Source: an uncultured Microthrixaceae bacterium (GTDB taxonomy: Bacteria; Actinomycetota; Acidimicrobiia; Acidimicrobiales; VFJN01). From it: a stretch of DNA of 64,000 nucleotides. The DNA is taken from NCBI GenBank assembly GCA_963727905.1, contig CAVSIC010000021.1, positions 34,998 to 98,997 on the forward strand, written 5' to 3'. A program made the position numbers and the translations under genes. Shown in pieces: positions 61,813 to 64,000 of this stretch; within the stretch, counting starts at the first letter, position 1, and every line of letters starts with the position of its first letter. The notes below the pieces were generated by a model. It did no database searches. It was not told the DNA's origin and saw only the letters and a list, made by a program, of their open reading frames with translations.

Positions 61813-62789
61813 TCGCCGGCCGCTCGACCCTTCTTGCTGAGGCGCCACTCCGGCGGGAAGCGGCTGTCGAAGTCCTTCACGGCCTTCGACAGGCCCTTGT
61901 CGATCGCCTCGCCGGTGCTGTTGTCCTTCCTCTCGTCGGGACGGCCGTAGCCGGCCATCGACTCGAGCATGCCGCTGATGAGCGAGCCCATGTACTCGCC
62001 CTGGTGCTGCTTCATGACCTCGAAGAACGTCTTCTGGATGAAGACCACGTCGGTCGAGCGGTTCTGGGCGCAGGCCGACGCGTACTTGGCGACCTCGGCC
62101 TCGAGCTGACCGCGGGGCACCACGCTGTTCACGAAGCCGAGCTCGGCCATCTCGTCGGCGGTGAAGGGACGGCCGGTGAAGACCATCTCCATGAACTTCC
62201 GCATGCCCATCGTGTGCGCCCACCACCACATGCGCGGCGCGGCGCCCGCGTAGCGGAAGGCGGCGTGGCCGAAGAGCGCGTCGTCAGAGGCGATCACGAG
62301 GTCGGCATCGCCCGCTTGGTAGAAGTGCCAGCCGTAGCAGTAGCCCTTCACCTCCACGATGGAGATCTTCTTGAACTCCTGGAGCGTGCGGCAGCCGCCG
62401 CGGGGGTCGGTGAACCACGACTGGGTCGTGATGGCCCCGTGGCGGAACATCTTGCGGCCGGGGTAGACGACGTCCTCGCCCTCGAGCCGCACCTCGCGGA
62501 GGAGACCGTCGTCGCTGTTGACGGCCTCCATGAACTCGGGCAGGTCCTGGCCGGTGCCGAAGTCGTCGCCCTCGCCGCGGATCACGAGGACCTTCACGTC
62601 GTCGTCGATGTTCGCCTGGTGCAGCAGGTCGGCGTAGCGCAGGCGCATCGCGATGGTCGGCGCGTTGAGCTGCTCGGGCCGGTTCAGCGTGATCGTGGCG
62701 ATCTTGGTCGCCGGGTCCTTCTCGTAGAGGACCCAGCGGAGGGCGTCGGCCTCCGGGTCGGTCTCCGGCCCAGTCGTCTCGTCAGTCAT
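61809..62789 (-). CDS. Enoyl-CoA hydratase/isomerase-family (crotonase-fold) protein
   Basis: ATG 62789 overlaps the upstream stop by 8 nt (ATGACTGA). 'IATITLNRPEQLNA', 'VLVIRGEGDDFGTGQDL' and 'VKGYCYGWHFYQAGDADLVIASDDALF' are present. Confidence 0.85.
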   Translation of the reverse strand: MTDETTGPETDPEADALRWVLYEKDPATKIATITLNRPEQLNAPTIAMRLRYADLLHQANIDDDVKVLVIRGEGDDFGTGQDLPEFMEAVNSDDGLLREVRLEGEDVVYPGRKMFRHGAITTQSWFTDPRGGCRTLQEFKKISIVEVKGYCYGWHFYQAGDADLVIASDDALFGHAAFRYAGAAPRMWWWAHTMGMRKFMEMVFTGRPFTADEMAELGFVNSVVPRGQLEAEVAKYASACAQNRSTDVVFIQKTFFEVMKQHQGEYMGSLISGMLESMAGYGRPDERKDNSTGEAIDKGLSKAVKDFDSRFPPEWRLSKKGRAAGE

Positions 62790-63951
62790 CTCCGGCCTCG
62801 ATCCCCAGGAAGCGTTCCACGTTGGTGCTGACGATCTTGACCGCATCCTCGGGCCCGACGGCGTCCACCACCGCGGCGAGCGACTGCTCGGAGTAGCCGA
62901 AGGTGCTCTCGTTGTGCGGGTAGTCCGAGGACCACAGCACCCGGTCGACGCCGATCCGGTCGATCATCTCGAGGCCGAGCGGGTCGACCATGAACGAAGC
63001 GCACATGTGGTCGCGCCAGTAGTCGGCCACGGGCTTGGCGATGGGGTGGTCGCCCATGTGCTGGAGCGAGGCGTAGAGGTGCTCGCAGTCCTGGATGGCG
63101 GCCGGCACCCAGTTGATGCCGCCCTCGAACCAGCCGACGTGGATGCCGGGGTTGCGGTCGAGGATCCCGCCGAACACGTAGCGGCCGAACATCTCCCGGA
63201 ACGGCGCCACGTTGTGGGCCATGCCGATGAGGACGCTGTTGTCGGCGCACGGCGACCCGAGCGGCGACTCGCCGATGTGGTGCGACACGGGGAGGCCGCT
63301 CTCCTCGATGGCCTCCCACACGGGGTACATGGCCGGCGAGTTGTAGTCGATGGGCTTGTCGTCGTCGCCCTTGCCCGGCTTGAGCGGCAGCCAGAAGGTC
63401 CGGATGCCGAGGTCCTTCATCTCCGCGAGGGTGCGGCGGGCGCCGTCGCCGTCCCACCAGTTGATCATCCCGACGCCGAAGAACCGTCCGTCCGACGCGT
63501 CCTGCAGCTCGGCGACGTGCTCGTTGTAGATGCGGAAGCAGCGCTCGCGCACCGCCTTGTCCGGCCAGCCCATGAGCCCGAGCAGGGCGTTGGGGAAGGC
63601 CAGCTCGCGGTGGATGCCGTCGGACTCGAGCTCGCGCAGGCGGGCGGGGATGTCGGCCGTGCTCGACCCCGCCAGCGGGTCGTACTGCATGAGCACCGCG
63701 GTGAACTCGCGGGGCAGGAAGCCCTTGTCGCTCCCGCCCATCGCGAGGGTCCAGGCGCCGTCTTCGTAGATGACCCGGGGGGCCTGGTCCTTCAGGTCGT
63801 CCGGGAAGCGCTCGTAGAAGATGTCGCCGGCCAGCGAGATGTGGTCGTCGGCCGAGAAGACCCGCGTGCCGGCGGGCAGGCCGGTGGCCCCCGTGGCGCC
63901 GCCGTGGCGGTCCTTCGGTGCGCCGAACCCCCCGCTCGGGTATGTGAGCAT
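62782..63951 (-). CDS. Amidohydrolase-2 family protein
   Basis: 'VFSADDHI' (N-terminal metal-ligand motif), 'VSHHIGE' and 'VLWSSDYPHNEST' are present. Start set at ATG 63951. The track start (GTG 63996) would place an AT-rich TTGACA/TAAATA promoter inside the gene. Confidence 0.85.
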   Translation of the reverse strand: MLTYPSGGFGAPKDRHGGATGATGLPAGTRVFSADDHISLAGDIFYERFPDDLKDQAPRVIYEDGAWTLAMGGSDKGFLPREFTAVLMQYDPLAGSSTADIPARLRELESDGIHRELAFPNALLGLMGWPDKAVRERCFRIYNEHVAELQDASDGRFFGVGMINWWDGDGARRTLAEMKDLGIRTFWLPLKPGKGDDDKPIDYNSPAMYPVWEAIEESGLPVSHHIGESPLGSPCADNSVLIGMAHNVAPFREMFGRYVFGGILDRNPGIHVGWFEGGINWVPAAIQDCEHLYASLQHMGDHPIAKPVADYWRDHMCASFMVDPLGLEMIDRIGVDRVLWSSDYPHNESTFGYSEQSLAAVVDAVGPEDAVKIVSTNVERFLGIEAGDD

Positions 63952-63956
63952 TCCCC

Positions 63957-63986
63957 TATTTACTTTGATGTCGTAGTATCTGTCAA
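63957..63986 (-). promoter_or_regulatory. Sigma70-like promoter: -35 TTGACA (63986-63981), 18-bp spacer, -10 TAAATA (63962-63957), 5 nt before ATG 63951 (leaderless)
   Basis: The minus strand reads TTGACAgatactacgacatcaaagTAAATAggggaATG. It is by far the most AT-rich stretch of the window. Confidence 0.5.
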
Positions 63987-64000
63987 CGATGGGCACCTGG

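Noticed and set aside
62782-63996. The track start codon GTG 63996 for the amidohydrolase; likewise 12789 for the cupin, 13712 for the nitroreductase, 24848 for the hydrolase, 44357 for the binding protein and 48386 for the P450.
   Set aside because: The extensions cross promoter-like, AT-rich or repeat regions, or overlap upstream genes. Internal starts with SD sequences or leaderless geometry fit better.

Overview
Very GC-rich sequence (over 70% G+C by eye). It has strong third-position GC bias, many GTG starts and frequent ATGA/GTGA/TTGA stop-start overlaps, so it looks like an actinobacterial-type chromosomal segment. I saw no rRNA, tRNA, CRISPR array, transposase or integrase. About 60 protein genes can be supported; all product calls come from motifs read in the translations, and no database search was run. 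Layout: (1) 0-4 kb holds a partner-switching stress-signalling module: a STAS gene, an RsbW-like kinase-STAS fusion and a CHASE-GAF-PP2C phosphatase. (2) 4.5-19.8 kb is a mixed set: thiolase, acyl-CoA ligase, P450, GNAT, SRPBCC, hemerythrin, heme-oxygenase-like protein, Ku, cupin, nitroreductase, an XRE + small nucleotidyltransferase pair, NUDIX, a fused double acyl-CoA dehydrogenase (ACAD) and a Tat-secreted phosphoesterase. (3) 20-23 kb encodes a PEP-utilising phosphotransferase-like enzyme coupled to two small membrane proteins. (4) 23-29.3 kb is an envelope-lipid locus: PAP2, alpha/beta hydrolase, PAP2_3, MMPL and WS/DGAT. (5) 29.3-31.4 kb contains a palindromic repeat element, a lower-GC two-gene orphan island and a decayed paralogue. 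(6) 31.5-37.7 kb carries a PhoX-like phosphatase, VOC, pirin, SDR, DUF427 and TesB genes. (7) 37.7-44.3 kb is a liv-type ABC transporter operon with two embedded non-transporter genes. (8) 44.4-64 kb is a large lipid or steroid-side-chain-like beta-oxidation cluster. The most striking global signal is that roughly 30 reading-frame breaks, mostly +1, all lie right of 30.3 kb and none lie left of it. Several short repeat, operator and leaderless-promoter structures are also reported.
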